A stretch of 64,000 nucleotides of DNA from Epithemia pelagica. Its lineage: Eukaryota; Protista; Bacillariophyta. The notes beneath the pieces were generated by a model. The model searched no databases and was not told the origin of the DNA. It was given only the letters and a program-made list of their open reading frames with translations. The position numbers and the translations under genes are program-made. The stretch spans positions 3,162,001 through 3,226,000 of the forward strand of contig OX337228.1 in assembly GCA_946965045.2 (NCBI GenBank). The letters are read 5' to 3'. Of the stretch, positions 1 through 13,800 are shown in pieces. Position 1 is the stretch's first letter, and the number at the start of each line of letters is the position of its first letter.

Positions 1-1
1 C

Positions 2-3000
2 GCCGCGGATGATGGGAACCACCCATGGAACCAACCAAGGCCTCCACCACCGCCACAACGCCCACAGCAAAACCAAGACACACCGGCTGGGATGGCAGTG
101 CCCCCACCTCCACCTGGATCTGCTGAAAATACTATTGTATGGCAGCAAGACCAACAACAACAACAACACCCAGCGGATCCCTGGATGAACTCGTCTCCAT
201 CATCGCCCTGGAACCCGGCGGATGGATACGATCCTCAACCAGACGATGCCTTCCATTACTTGCAAAGAGATTTAGAAGCGTCCTTGCAACGTGAACATGA
301 CTTGGCTATGCGGCTACAAAATGCTTCAGACACCTTGATCGGTATGGAACAGCGAGAAGAATTGCACGTGCGGCAGCTGGATGTATTGACGGAACGAGTC
401 ATGGATGTCGAAGCACAGGCGGCAGAAGAACACAATCAACTACTGGAATATCAAGCCAATTGTTCGGAATTGGATTTGGAGATTGCTGAATTACAGGGAC
501 AAGTCGATGACTGGAAGGAACGCTGTCTCCAGTCCGAAGAACGGATATCCAAGCAAACGACGGACTATACCAAGCTTGAAAAGAAACTCACCAAGGCCAA
601 ACGGGAAGCAGAAAATCTCGCCACATTGGTCGAACGAAATCGTTTGGAAGACTTGAGAGAATCCTATCAGGACCGTAAGAAGACACAAAAGGCTTCAGGT
701 GGTTTGTTTGGTTGGATCTTTGGACGAGTAACCACTCGGGATGATGCCGAACTGGAAAAGTTGCGTGACATGGCCAAAGCTACCTTACTTAATGCGCTTC
801 GAACCGAACGCAAGAGCGTAGAAGAGCTGGAGGCGGCTGTATCTACGTTGGAACAGAACAATTCCATGATTGCGGTCCAAATACAGTCGCGAGATGAAAT
901 TATTGATCAGCTCAATGAGCGCGTGGCTGTCTTTGAGGAGGATAAACTGGTCTTGAAGGCGGCACTAAAGCAGTTGCAAAAAGAAATGACCGAAGAAGCT
1001 CCCAAAACACAAAAGCTCATTCAGGACTTGGAAGAAGCACAAGCCGAGATAGAACGGCTGGAAACGGAAATGGAGCAATTGATCATCACGCAGCAAAAAG
1101 AGATAACCTCCCTAGAAGAGATCATTGCCACAAAGGAAGAAAAGATTGCTGAAACAGAAGCCAATGTGACCATGATTGGCGAGTATGTGGACAAGCTTGA
1201 AGAGCGCCTTGCGGACTTTTCCTTGGCCAAACGAGAAATTGAAAAACGGGAAGAGAATTGCCGAGATATTGAGTTGAAGAGTGAACAAGTGGAGCAGGAG
1301 TGTGTATCCATGCGCGAGCAAATGCAACGGCAAGAACGCGAACATGAGGAAGTCAAGGCCTTGTTAGGTGAATTGGTCGAGGAACGCACCAAACTCCAGA
1401 TTCAGATTGCCCAACTGTTGGCCGATAAGGAAACAGCTGACAGCGAAGTAGAGCGGCTTCGCTCCTCGGTTCAAGCCTTGCAGAGCGAAACTCTTCATCT
1501 GCAGCAGCAACTGGAAAAAGCTCCTTCTGGACAAGAGTGGGATGCGAGGGTGCATGAGTACGAAACTCGGTTGGCCACTCTAACGGAGGAGCATACCAAA
1601 ATGCAAGAAACGACCCAGACCTACCGTGACTTGATTGCCGATATGGAACAAAAGATGCAAGAAATGGCGATGACGCGACAGGAATTGCAAGCCTTGCTGG
1701 ACGATACTCAATCTACGAAAAATAGTATGGAGACACGGTTGAGTGAGGTCATTGAAGCACAACGGATGGCGGAATCGAAAGTGCAGGAACAAAGCGAACT
1801 GTATCAAGCTCAATTAGCGGAATCTCAAGCGCAAGCCGAAGCGCATGTTCAAGAACAACAAAGATCGTTAGAAATTCAACTCATGCAGGAACGACAAAGG
1901 TTTGAACAGGAACTTGTCCAGGAAAAAGAACGAGTTCACGCCTTGCTACTACTGCTGGAGGAGGAACAGCAAAAACAAAGTCAGGTAAACAGTCAAACAC
2001 CAGCAGAGACGGAAGAGGAAACAGAGCGCGACACGTCTCTTGTATCTGAAGTGGATGGATTGGAAGGCACTGATGATGAGCCAGAGTCGGAGAAAGAGGA
2101 GGATGAAAATCAGGACGAAACATATCATCAAGAACCCGACATAAATGAAAATGTTATCATGGAGAAGGATGAAATCGATAGCGAGGACCTTTTCGATTCC
2201 GATAAAGATTCAGAGGAACCAGTAGAACTGGAGGCCGAGGATGCCGTGATAAAAGACGACGAGGACGACTTTCAGAGCACTTCTTCTGATGACGTTTCGA
2301 CTCTGCCTTCACAAGAATTAGCCCATGAACCCGCAGGTCTTGAAGAAGTTGAGGAGGAGGACGCAGATGCTGACCAGGAAGGTGAACACGGCAATTTGCC
2401 CGCACTGGAAAATAACAACCTGGATGATTCTTTGACTACGAGTGAAGGTGGAGACAACGATTCATTGACCCTTGGCGAGCAGGAGCATCCAGCTGTGAAT
2501 GACAACTCGGATGAAGGTGAGCAAGGAACATTCCAAAGTACAGGTACGATCACAAATACAACAGAGTCCATTGGAACCAATATTTCGACGGATATTCTTA
2601 AGGGGGTGAACTCCAATATGACTCCCTCAATACCTGATCGAAGAAACAACACAGATCCTCCTGGGAATCACACTTCAGGTAAACTGGCATCACGGAAAGG
2701 CAAGCTTGTGCCAAGATCAGAACAGAAATCTTCTTTGACACGTTCCACCCGAAAACTTTTCGCCCGAGCTACCGGTTTCCACGGATTCTTTTCCCAAAAG
2801 TACAAGCGTCCGACCAAGTCGAAGAAACAACAACTACCACCAGCGTTTGTGACTCGTCCTATCAATGCCACCAGACGAGCACCACGACTTCGTGGTCCAC
2901 CTGGAGGATTACCCAGTAACCAGAAACACCCATTGCTCGGTGAGGGCAACTCTACCAACCGACCTCCTACTGCACACCAAGAAGGAGGCCCGCCACAAAA

Positions 3001-3160
3001 GATATGGCCACCCAATACCGTTCCTCCTCATGCGCGTGGACAGGATCCTCCAGGTCATAGTGTAATGGGACCGCCGCGCGACAGATACGGGAATTATGGC
3101 TTTCGTGATGTTGAGAACCCTCCACATATTCGCCCCCAGCCGCCAGCGAAAAATCCATAG
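2..3160 (+). CDS. Long coiled-coil protein with acidic middle and Pro/Gly-rich C-terminus; 5' end lies outside the window
   Basis: 1022-aa ORF from 92; the same frame is open back to position 2 (AADDGNHPWNQPRPPPP...). E/Q/K/L heptad-rich about aa 55-630, then a D/E tract and a P-rich tail. Confidence 0.8.
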   Translation, partial: AADDGNHPWNQPRPPPPPQRPQQNQDTPAGMAVPPPPPGSAENTIVWQQDQQQQQHPADPWMNSSPSSPWNPADGYDPQPDDAFHYLQRDLEASLQREHDLAMRLQNASDTLIGMEQREELHVRQLDVLTERVMDVEAQAAEEHNQLLEYQANCSELDLEIAELQGQVDDWKERCLQSEERISKQTTDYTKLEKKLTKAKREAENLATLVERNRLEDLRESYQDRKKTQKASGGLFGWIFGRVTTRDDAELEKLRDMAKATLLNALRTERKSVEELEAAVSTLEQNNSMIAVQIQSRDEIIDQLNERVAVFEEDKLVLKAALKQLQKEMTEEAPKTQKLIQDLEEAQAEIERLETEMEQLIITQQKEITSLEEIIATKEEKIAETEANVTMIGEYVDKLEERLADFSLAKREIEKREENCRDIELKSEQVEQECVSMREQMQRQEREHEEVKALLGELVEERTKLQIQIAQLLADKETADSEVERLRSSVQALQSETLHLQQQLEKAPSGQEWDARVHEYETRLATLTEEHTKMQETTQTYRDLIADMEQKMQEMAMTRQELQALLDDTQSTKNSMETRLSEVIEAQRMAESKVQEQSELYQAQLAESQAQAEAHVQEQQRSLEIQLMQERQRFEQELVQEKERVHALLLLLEEEQQKQSQVNSQTPAETEEETERDTSLVSEVDGLEGTDDEPESEKEEDENQDETYHQEPDINENVIMEKDEIDSEDLFDSDKDSEEPVELEAEDAVIKDDEDDFQSTSSDDVSTLPSQELAHEPAGLEEVEEEDADADQEGEHGNLPALENNNLDDSLTTSEGGDNDSLTLGEQEHPAVNDNSDEGEQGTFQSTGTITNTTESIGTNISTDILKGVNSNMTPSIPDRRNNTDPPGNHTSGKLASRKGKLVPRSEQKSSLTRSTRKLFARATGFHGFFSQKYKRPTKSKKQQLPPAFVTRPINATRRAPRLRGPPGGLPSNQKHPLLGEGNSTNRPPTAHQEGGPPQKIWPPNTVPPHARGQDPPGHSVMGPPRDRYGNYGFRDVENPPHIRPQPPAKNP

Positions 3161-3274
3161 GAGTCTAAGGGTTGCTTTTTAATGTTGATACCAATATCTA
3201 TGAAATGATTATACCACTTTGTTTGAGCAAGCTTTTCCGTTATGTACATTCTATTCATATGAGGAGGGCAATGT

Positions 3275-3787
3275 TTACATAGCATAGGCACCCCCGAGGC
3301 TCTTCCCTTGTGAGTTAGCCTTTGGTAATTCACCCCCAGTCTCCTTCACTCGTTTGCAGGCCTCTCCCCGAGCTGCTCCCGACTGACCATACTTGCAGAG
3401 TGCTTCGTCGGCAGAAAGCTCTGGTGCACACTTGGGGTCCCTTTTGGGGTCACAATTTTTGGTATCGGATTCGAGTTCGCTGTTCATGAAAGCATCCATG
3501 TCCAATTCATTTGCATTGTTATTGTTGCTCTTGGCCACAAACGAAAAAGAGCCACCTGCAAAAACAGCCAACGCCTTTCGCCTTCCATAGAGCACCTCTG
3601 CCTGTTTCTTTTCGGAATCCTCGTTAGCAGATACCGGAACAGTTCTTGGTAGAACAGAGTGAAGCTTGCTTGAGCGACCAATACCAGGTGTTGATACTGT
3701 GCTCGTTGCACTCTCTGGCGCCAAGCTCTCAGATTGGGACGTGAACGAAGTCACAAAGAGGAAGCGCATCAATTCAACGTGTCTCAT
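3275..3787 (-). CDS. Small putative plastid (thylakoid lumen) protein of unknown function
   Basis: ATG at 3787 or 3769; SES-LAP resembles the diatom ASAFAP site; RRKALAVFAGG resembles a Tat signal; mature part has 4 Cys (CDPKRDPKC...LCKYG...ACKRV). Confidence 0.6.
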   Translation of the reverse strand: MRHVELMRFLFVTSFTSQSESLAPESATSTVSTPGIGRSSKLHSVLPRTVPVSANEDSEKKQAEVLYGRRKALAVFAGGSFSFVAKSNNNNANELDMDAFMNSELESDTKNCDPKRDPKCAPELSADEALCKYGQSGAARGEACKRVKETGGELPKANSQGKSLGGAYAM

Positions 3788-4360
3788 CGTTTTGTGTCTC
3801 ACAAGCGCAATTCGCCAAATATGATATGATCCTGCTCAATTTCTGAGACGGAAAAGTGAGAATGTGAGTTGAAGGTTATTGAGTGGCCATTGGCAATTAC
3901 CTTTTTTGCGCTCTGCGTCACTTCAAGGCTGCATACATCATGGGGTAGTCATGGACGGTCGTGGTTTTGTGATGTGGGTTTTTGCATCAGATCGCGCGAG
4001 GGTGTTGGCATCTACGTCATTTTGTTAATGATGACTATTGAAAACCTCAGCGCACAACTCTTAAACCACCAAAGCTAGTACTTGTAGGAGGTAGGAGTAC
4101 TCCTTACATGGTATAGACGGGACTACTAAAGGTAGATTGGCCGACAATGCCAATCAAATGCTACGGAGCATCAGAAACGCACACGAACGGGTAATCCTCC
4201 GATAGTTAGGAGTACTTAAAAGCAAAATGCAATACCAACATAGGAGTAGACGGATGACAGACCAAGATCACAGGTTGACAGCAGATTCATCGTGCTGGCG
4301 AAAATGGCTAGGGGCAGATAAAAGCTCATTAGCACCGTGTGACGATTCCACCAAAATCGT

Positions 4361-6657
4361 TTATTCGATCATGCCCATTGTTGCCTCTGGATCCAACTGG
4401 AGGAGTTCCACTTGACTACCACTGCCTTCGAGGGCCATTTCGTCGTGTCCCCTTGGGCTTTGTCGCTGTCTCTGATTTGCTTTGGTAGGAGTAATGGCGG
4501 CACTCGCAGTCGCTGTTGGATGAACCACGGCGTATTGGCCCGACTGTCCCAAGGACCCCGGTACAACGACGCGACATTCACCGTAGGTTTCATCCAGTAA
4601 GGAGGAGGAGGACCATCCCGTTGCTCCATCCGCACCAAAAGCCACAACGAGACCTGTCGGCAAGGGATAAAGCCGCATGGCGTGATCATAGTTCCAATAA
4701 ATGGGAGTGTTGCCGCCAGGGACAAGATGGCCTTGATCGAGCATGGTCTTGATCAAACGCAGCGAACACGAGTCTAAATCGTGAACGTCATCTTGTCGGG
4801 TGGATTCTTGGGGTTTGCTGGGGGACTGCGACAGAGTTTCCAAAGCTCGATTGTGTGGACTGCCCCACACTTCTTGCTGTTGTTGCGGAAGGGAACGGAA
4901 CAATACCCATTCTTGGTCATTCCAATATAATCGAGTGGGATTCGTACCTAAAACCAAGTTTTGTATTCCTGGAATCTGCACTTTTCGGTGATATATGGAT
5001 GACTTTCGTAGATGATGCGGTTGATCTTGTCCATCCGGAGTTGACGAGCCATGGAGCCCACGAGGCAAGGTCCAAGGCAAGACGGCCGAAGGAGGAACGT
5101 CGTTCGGACCTGGAACTAACACAAAGTGAGCTTCTTGAGCCAAATAGGGAAACTTTCGTAGGATTGTCGCCAGTTCATTAAAGAGGAGAGAGTGCAAATA
5201 GGATGCAGCATGTGGTGTGTTTGTAGTAGCACGGGTGCTGCTGCCACCTCCTCCGTTACCCACCATGCTTTTGGCATTGGTAGTTCCACTGCCCCCAGAT
5301 TGGGTTGAAAGGTTGCCCATTAAACAAAACAAGGGCACAATGTTTCGTTGGGACTCGTACGAGGCCAATAGACCTTCCAAATATTGGAGCGTTTGTGGTT
5401 GATCCAAATGGACGTCCGACAGAATCACCAACGGGTGATTTTGGTCTGGGCCAGCTGTCTTGTTTGAGAAGCTAACGGGAAGATGAGAATGGCGATGGTG
5501 GAGACTCGAAGGCGCTAGAAGCTCGTGTTGAATTTGTTGACGAATGGCTGAGAGTGAGTCTTGACGCGTCTCCAAAAGAGGGGGTCCCAGGCGAATGACG
5601 CGTAAGGTGCCGTCGTGCCATAAGCCTTCGACCAGGTAGATAGAATCTTCCGATAAGACCATATTTTCTGGATCGGACAATTGCGCATCTTGTAGGTCAA
5701 TGGGCACCAAGCCCGCTGGGTCTTCCAAGCAGTACACATGTTCGACTTCTCGCAAAACACCCAAAACAAGAATGGATTTCGCAGTGTTGTCTTCGTGGCG
5801 CATTTGTCGCTGTCCCAATAGTTGTTCCAGCGGCGTCAAATGAAACTGCACCATTTCCTCTGGGGCATCCGAAGAATCTTCCTCGTTGCTGCTATAGTCA
5901 TCCTCCATGGCAGGGTCCGTTCCATCACGATCCCGGCTACTTTTACTTTTATGTGCATGAGAATGGTGCATCAAACGAGTCGGTCGAAATCGTTTGTGAC
6001 GTAGAATGCGTTGATGAATCATGGCGTAGCGCTGTGCAAACATTTCCACCTGTCCATTTATTTTTCCGTGACGTGAGAAGGGGAATTTCAACATGTTCTT
6101 TGGGCAGAACCTATTAGGAACAGACAACTCACCTTTTCTTCTGCGGTTCCAAACAAGGTCCACTCTTTCTCTTCTACTCGAAATTGTTGACGCATCGGAT
6201 TGTATACCAGCCTGGGTTGATGAAATGCGGTGACGATGTGTAGATTGTTTGCGTTCCAAAAATTAGTGCTGCTCTGAGACCTTGATCCGTGACGAACGAC
6301 AGCTTGACGGTCCATGGATCGTTGCTCTTTTGTTAGTACCACTCTCTTATTCTCGATATCGTGTTGTCGGCTCCGTTTGTCGGGTGATTCTGGCTGGAAC
6401 GACTCCATTGCTCGGCAGCATTGTTCCCAAACCTCATTGGTGATCGTCCGCTTCGACATGGCCACCATTTCCGGTTCCACCCATTGCTCAAGAACTTTGG
6501 CAGGGACAATGAGGTCTTGTCCTTTACTTTGTTGATATTGTTGGAGAATTCGTACCACCATGTCTTCGAGAGGTCCAGGTTGGATGGTCCATCCTTTGGT
6601 TTTACACGAGCGCACAATCTGGCGTCGCAACAAAGCTTTCGGCGGAGAAGGAGCCAT
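4361..6657 (-). CDS. POLE2: DNA polymerase epsilon subunit 2 (Dpb2); exons 6657-6133 and 6049-4361
   Basis: Motifs VILSDVHLD, FVLVPGPND, TNPTRL, KTMLDQGHL, PIYWNYDHAMRLYPLP. An 83-nt GT-AG intron (6050-6132) joins EEK|VEMFAQRY in frame. Confidence 0.9.
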
Positions 6658-7895
6658 GTTGCGCGTGTGTGTCTACGGAAATCTAGTTTCACTTCCTTTG
6701 GGTATCATTCACAGTGCGAAGTCAAAGACTGCAACGACAATCACTCAATCGTTTTGGTTCGAGCTTCGAGCTGTCGTCTGAGATGTGCTGTTGTTGTATT
6801 GTGTGGCAACACCGAGTGTGGCGGCTATGGCGGGAAGACATCGACCGGCGTGAGACTGTACGAATCCTTAAGTATCTTTCGCGCACCTCGGCTTTGACCT
6901 TGTAGCGCGCCATTGACTTCGCGAGCCGCGTGAGGCGAAGCCAACACGAAGCAACTTAAACGAGATGCACACATCTTTTGGCGGATGAGCGTACGGCGTA
7001 CTTTGTCTAGCGAATGGGTGTCACCAAAATGGAAGGAGGAGGCCCTTTCCACTCTACACTCGCACGTTGCGAAGTAAGAGCTCGCAAAGGGTGGAAATAC
7101 TGTACTACATGAGTTGTTCTGCCATGTATTCATCGGATGAATCTTCTAAGAGACGCATCTCTGTCCCAGTCAGCTTTCGGGCTAAGTTCACAGGCTATCG
7201 AAAGAAGCATGTTCGCCCGCCCAATCGAAATCAACAAGTTTCACAGCTCCATCACTGCCGACCAAAACGTTCTTCCGAATCTTCTTTCCGCTGTCTAGTC
7301 CATGCACAAGTGCGTCTCGTATGGTGCACCTTGTTCAAAGTCCATCGTTGCTATCCTGAATGTATGCTCTGTCTGGATAGCATGAAGCTTGGGGGCTATT
7401 GCCATATCTGACAACTTGCGATAGACTCTCCATAGAATTCTAGGAGTACGACCTTCACATGTATGGTATTGGTTTCGGCTCCTACTGGCTTGGCGGCAAG
7501 AAACACACAACGAGCTGCGCCTTTCAAGTGCTACTCATATTGAAATGCAATTTCTTTTCCAGTAGCATCAGTGTATGTTCGAGCATATATGGAAACTGTG
7601 CTTGATCATTGTATTTGCTTCACACTGGATCCTTGTACCATCGCGAGATCAGCGTAGCACCTACCAGTTGGAGCATGAAGAAATGGAACATTGCATCTCA
7701 AAGGCTGAAAACAAGGGAAACCAGAACATGACTCCTGTGCTCAATCTCGCGCAGGAATCTTTCGGCGACTCAACCACGTATGCAGTCGCGTCTGAATCAG
7801 ACGACCTCTTTTTTCAACCCAGTTATTGCCGTCTCAAGTCTCAAGTCTTCTTGTCTTCTTGATTGTTGAACTCAGGGAAAGCAAAGTGGCCAAGA

Positions 7896-9917
7896 ATGGT
7901 TGCAGCAGAACACCAGCAGCCACAGCCGAATGGCGCTGGGTCAACATCAGGCGGGCCTGCTTCCGATATGGGAGACGCGACGACAAGAGTGGCTAGTGCA
8001 TCACTCCCTTCGTCGGTATTGCTATCTTCATCGAAATCAAACTATGCTTTGGCTGTGTCACACATTGTACAAGAATTGATTCGTTGCTACGAAAAAGGCG
8101 AAGCCTGTAATTTGACTCGTCTCAAAGGGCAGGCATGTAAACAGTATGGTCTCAAGGGCATCGTGCGTCAAGCCGATATCTTGCAGGGGTTGCCCCTGTC
8201 GTATCGCAAACCGCTGTGGCCATTGCTAAAGACGAAACCGGTCCGAACGGCTGCCGGTGTGGCCGTGGTAGCTGTAATGAGCAAGCCACATCGGTGTCCT
8301 CACATTGCCTATACGGGTGGCGTCTGTGTCTATTGTCCGGGTGGATTGGATTCCGATTTCGAATATTCGACGCAAGCCTATACGGGTTATGAACCTACCA
8401 GTATGAGAGCTATCCGGGCACGATATGATCCATATAGCCAAGTCAAGGGTCGAGTACATCAGCTTCGTGCCATCGGACATACAGTGGATAAGGTCGAATT
8501 CATTGTGATGGGAGGAACCTTCTTGTCCTTGGATAAGGAATACAAAGACTACTTTATTCGAAACTTACACGATGCCTTATCAGGACACCATTCACATTCT
8601 GTTCAGGAAGCCGTGCGCTATTCAGAACAGGCCGTCACCAAATGTATTGGCATTACTATTGGTAAGTCAAGCGAGAATCATGCTCTGATTGGTGTTGCTC
8701 TTGCTTCGTCCTTTGGTGGTTTCTGCGTGTCGATACAACGAATCCCTCATCTAGGAAACTCTCGTCTTTTTTCATTTTCTTGTTTGTTTTCATACAATTT
8801 GTGATCTTTAACATTTTTCGTTCGATAGAGACACGTCCGGATTATTGTTTGAAACCTCACCTGGAGGAAATGTTATCGTATGGTTGTACGCGGATTGAAA
8901 TTGGAGTGCAGTCAGTCTACGAAAGCATTGCTCGAGAAACCAATCGTGGCCATACCGTGTCGGCCGTGTCGCATTCATTTCATTTGGCCAAGGATTGTGG
9001 GTTCAAAATTGTGAGCCATTTGATGCCCGATTTACCGAATACAGGATACGAACGAGATTTATTGGGCTTTGAAGAATACTTTGAAAATCCCGCCTTTCGC
9101 AGTGACGGTGTCAAATTGTATCCGACCCTAGTGATTCGAGGTACGGGTTTGTATGAACTGTGGAAGACAGGAAGGTATCAGAATTACACACCACAACAAT
9201 TGATTGAATTGACGGCCCACATCCTGAGCTTGGTGCCGCCCTGGACTCGGTTGTATCGGATTCAACGTGATATTCCCATGCCCTTGGTTTCTTCCGGTGT
9301 GGAACATGGTAACCTGCGTGAATTGGCACTGGCCCGTTTGCGCGAACACTTCAACGTCCCCTGTTTAGACATTCGATCACGAGAAGTGGGAATGAAACAA
9401 ATCCATGCCAATGTCACTCCCGATCAAGTTGAATTGCTTCGTCGCGATTATACGGCGAATGGAGGATGGGAGACTTTCTTGTCCTACGAAGATCCCAAAC
9501 AAGATGTACGTTCAGCCATAGTTGTCAGATTATTTGTTGGTTCTCATGTATGATTTGTCTTTTGAATTAACTCTCATCCACTTTCTTTTTTTGTTTGTAT
9601 AGATATTGGTGGGTATGCTTCGCTTACGAAAATTGACAGACGCCGCATGGTTGCCCGAGTTGACAAAGGAAGCTTGTTCCATGGTTCGGGAATTGCACGT
9701 GTATGGAACCGCTGTGGCTGTATCGGCCCGAGATCCTACCCGGTTTCAGCATCAAGGCTTTGGAATTTTGCTCATGGAGGAAGCGGAACGGATTGCTCGT
9801 GACGAACATGGATCCACCAAGATATTGGTAATTTCCGGTGTTGGCACACGACATTATTACAGGAAAATGGGATACTCATTGGATGGACCCTACATGTCCA
9901 AGTCACTGGTACTGTAG
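7896..9917 (+). CDS. ELP3: Elongator complex protein 3 (radical SAM + KAT); exons 7896-8661, 8829-9505, 9603-9917
   Basis: KPHRCPHI...[38 protein letters not shown]. Introns 8662-8828 and 9506-9602 restore CIGITIETRPD and [11 protein letters not shown]. Confidence 0.97.
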
Positions 9918-10834
9918 CAGGAGTTCACGTACAAGGACACCAACCTTCATTGACTCAAAACCATGATGCAGCCGTAACCACCACGGACTTGAGTTTGCCC
10001 CTCTTTTCACATTCCCCGTCATTGTGGTCGTCTTCTCTGTTTGTTCATGTTGTCTCGAAGGGACAGGCCACCAGGCTTTGAAACCTGAAATAGCTTCTGA
10101 TTTCTCATCCCTTCTAAGGTATGAATTGGACGTTGCATTGGTTTGTGGAACACGATTCTGAAGGATGGTTGGATCGACGATGTATCCCTTGTGGAGGGAG
10201 CTTATTGTGGACCGTTCACATGATAGATGACAATAAATCGTCTCTCTCTCTCTCTCCTTTCTCTCTTTGTTAATGGTCCAGGAGTTGCCCCGACCTCTGA
10301 CATAGATGAACTACCTATTCCTTTAGGAGGAAGGTCAGTGGAACAGATAAGAATCTTGATGGACGTTTCATTTTAAAATACTCTTCCTCTGGTTTCGTTC
10401 TAGGTAGGTAGTCCTCTAGTTACTCGCAACCATCACCATGTGGGGAGAATCCGTTACCGAGCGTTAAACCCAGACCATATTGTACGAAAAGCATGCACGA
10501 CCTGCGTTTCTATTGGTCTTGCGCGCCGGAGGAGTTGTGGCGCGATTTAACAGATTTCGGCGCTCAGGTCGTGTGGCAGTCGCAGCACATCAGCAAGCCA
10601 TTTCTTACTGACTGTTCATGTTGGGTTGATGACGAGGATTGTTCCTTGTTTGAGGATAAAGGTTCGATGGTAGTGATTGTAATCGAACCTTAATTATTAC
10701 GAACTCCTTGAGGAATTCATATCGAAAGCCTGGTTCTGTCGGGGAAACCATCGCTTGGAACACAAGAAACAGACGAGCGGTTGCGTTGTGCTTCATTGCT
10801 GACGGTGGCTTTCCCTGGTCGGCAGTCGGCAACC

Positions 10835-13800
10835 ATGGATGACAATGACAACGATGTCTTATTTCTCGACAATTGGAACAACAGTCAGGGGGATGACAGT
10901 TTGCGTATGTTAATCTTCGGTGCAACCAGTGGTGCAACATCGGCTGATGCCGGTGCTATTTCGACGGCATCTGATTCTGCCACTGAGAATACGGACAGCC
11001 GCAATCACCCTGATTCCTCACAACACGAATCTGGGAGACAGGGGTCACGGTTGTCCGCGTCCGCTGCTAGTTCAAGATCTGTCCAACGGAAGGGGGCAGA
11101 ATCCACACCCGGTCAACTTGGACCATTTCCTGATGAATACGATCCAGACTCGGCCGAAAGAATTTCCTTCGCATCTTTGTACGGAAACTCGAGCGGCCTT
11201 CCTACTGATCGATCGTTAGTCCGATCGTCGGGGAACGTGGTCAGCCCTGGCGATTCCGATCATTCTCCATCCATGCAACGACAGCCACGACAGGATGCCG
11301 TCGTTCCGGACAACTCCTCTCAGGAACAAACTTTGAATCGAAAGCGGAAAGCGACACAACCACGTCCAGAACTAGAAGCGCACCAGAAACGACGCCAGCA
11401 AATAGTGACGAGATGGAAACGACGCAGGTTCGACCTCCGACAGGAAACCGATTGGTGTGGAGCCATCCGAAACACTGTTCAGCGTTTTGCCATGCATCGA
11501 ATCCAACCACCGACAGAAAACAGAAACAGCCGCACGAGAGGGCAGAGAAGAGACACAATAGACGACAACGGAAATTTTCCAGAGGAATCGATGGCTCAAG
11601 ACGACGACGACAAAGAAGAAACCGATGATGACGCTGGCGATTCAAATGATACCTCCGACGACGATGACCAAGCAGCCATTATGAATCGTCTTTTGTTGAA
11701 CTCTCAAGAAGCCCAAACATCAGATCCCTTGAATCAGAACGATCCCAGCTCGGCTCGGGTCGAAAATGAGTTTTGGGAACAAGGATTGACCATTCCACCA
11801 AAGATGAAGTATCTACTGGATAAATACAATGACCATGTGTTTCAAAGTCTGGAACAGCCCTTACCACTACAACCATCGGCCGTTCCAAGCGCTACGACGT
11901 CCTCTGATCAAATGGAACTGGTGGAAGAGGTGGATGGGACCTTAACGTTCGTTGCACCTCCCAAACCTGATGACAAAACTCGTGGTCTGGTTAGTTTACA
12001 GGAAGTTCCACCTTACCATGAAGCTAATATAGCTGAGGTCAGTGAATTCTTTCCTTCCTCGCATCTTTTTTCTCCTCACACTGTTAAAGATGACCGCGTG
12101 CACCAACGTCAACTGTTGCGCTTGGCGGCACGCCATGTCATGACCTCCTGCTCGGTCGAAGGGTCAACGCAATGGAATCGCAATGACCAACTGATTGGTC
12201 TATTATGGACAAGCGATCTGTTGTCAGCGTATTGGAAAGCTATAGTCTTGTATCAAGCCCGTTTGAATTGTCGACGATTCAATCGATTTGCCACATTGGC
12301 CTCTAAACAACAACAGGTACCACAGAACGAACTTGCGGACTTTCTGGGTGTATCATGTACTCGACAAGCCTATGGCCCCATTCACCAGATTGGAAACTCT
12401 TTGATCGTCGCCGAACCTACGACTATTCGCACACCGAAGGGTCTTGAGCCAGACAAGAACGTACATTTTGCGGCGGTACCGGGCACCGTTCCGCCAACAC
12501 CAAGCTTTCCATTGAATGCAACGGGATGGATATGGGGACCTGTCGATCGCAATGCGTACATGGACCATGCATCACCAATTGATGAACCAACTCATTTGTT
12601 GACACTTTCGTTACTGCTGGGACGAAGGCAATTCGAGTTTAATGCCGGTATGCATACGTCTCGTGACGAGACGATTCGTTCCTTTGTCACCCAAGCAGTC
12701 GAACTAGCTTCGAAAAAAATTCACAATATTCCCCGAAAATCATTACCCAGGTCGGTAAAGTTCGACCGCTCGCCGTTGGTTGCCTTGAATGAGGCACTTC
12801 TCCTTTTTGCAAGTGTGCATGCCAATCTCGGTACTCACCAAAGCCGAAGCAGTGACGAGGATGAGGAAAATCACAGAGACAATGACGAGGAGGACAATGA
12901 TGCCCTTTCTTCTTCTACTAAAGCCGTGGCGAAATTGATTCATCAAACTCTCGAAACCAACTTTGATCGCAGTAGTCTATTCCCCTTTGCTCGGTTGAAA
13001 ATTTTGTTTGGCTTGAGTCAGATATCCAATGCGGTACCCGACAGCGGGGCTGCATTCTTGAGCCGGTCCTTTGACGACATTTCATTGCGAACTCCATTCG
13101 ATCACATCAAGGCGCTCCTTGTCCATTTGGAGAACAATAGATACATAGATGGCTACGACCACGACAACGATGTGTCGCTGTCCGTTCCAGTATTGGAATT
13201 TGCCTTTTTCCAGGCTGCTTCCTCCTTTCATTCCGCAGTTGAAATCAACCCAACCGACCCTTTTTATCATTCCTGGCATATAGCGGCCCTTGCTGCCTGT
13301 CTTCTGCTTTGTTCGGGAAATCGAATTGACAATGTGGCACGAGCCTTTCCTTCTCGTCGACAAGAGTATCATTTTGAAGAGGCCGCAGCAGCTTTTGGCG
13401 ACAATGTGGACCTTCTTCCTTATGAAGTTCGTATCAAGTTGAGCAAATTTGAGGATCTCCGAACAAAGATTGCAGCTGCAATAGACCTTCTTTTAGACCT
13501 GGCCAGGCACCAGAAAAGTTGCCGTGCCTCGCTCGCCATCGTCTCCTTGCTTGAATGGAGACAAGTTATGGCTCTGGTGCTGCAAGACTTGGGCACGGAA
13601 ACTTGTGCCACAGTTCGAACTCTTCATTCTTCTTACGCAATACAATGGGCAAGCCTGGACCAATCCAACATTGCTAAGGAGTACTTGAGTCGCATAGAAC
13701 TTTCCCAGAGTGATCTGAAGGTGTTTCTTTCTGAATCCTTGGAAAACAACCCCGAAAACATCAGAAAATGGAGAGCCCTGGTAGAACATCTTGGCCCACT

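Noticed and set aside
7067-7862. Stop-interrupted frames and short ORFs in the POLE2-ELP3 spacer
   Set aside because: No recognisable protein similarity or consistent gene structure.
10239-10266. (TC)n microsatellite, plus (GTT)n at about 38733 and coding acidic/Gln runs
   Set aside because: Ordinary simple repeats.
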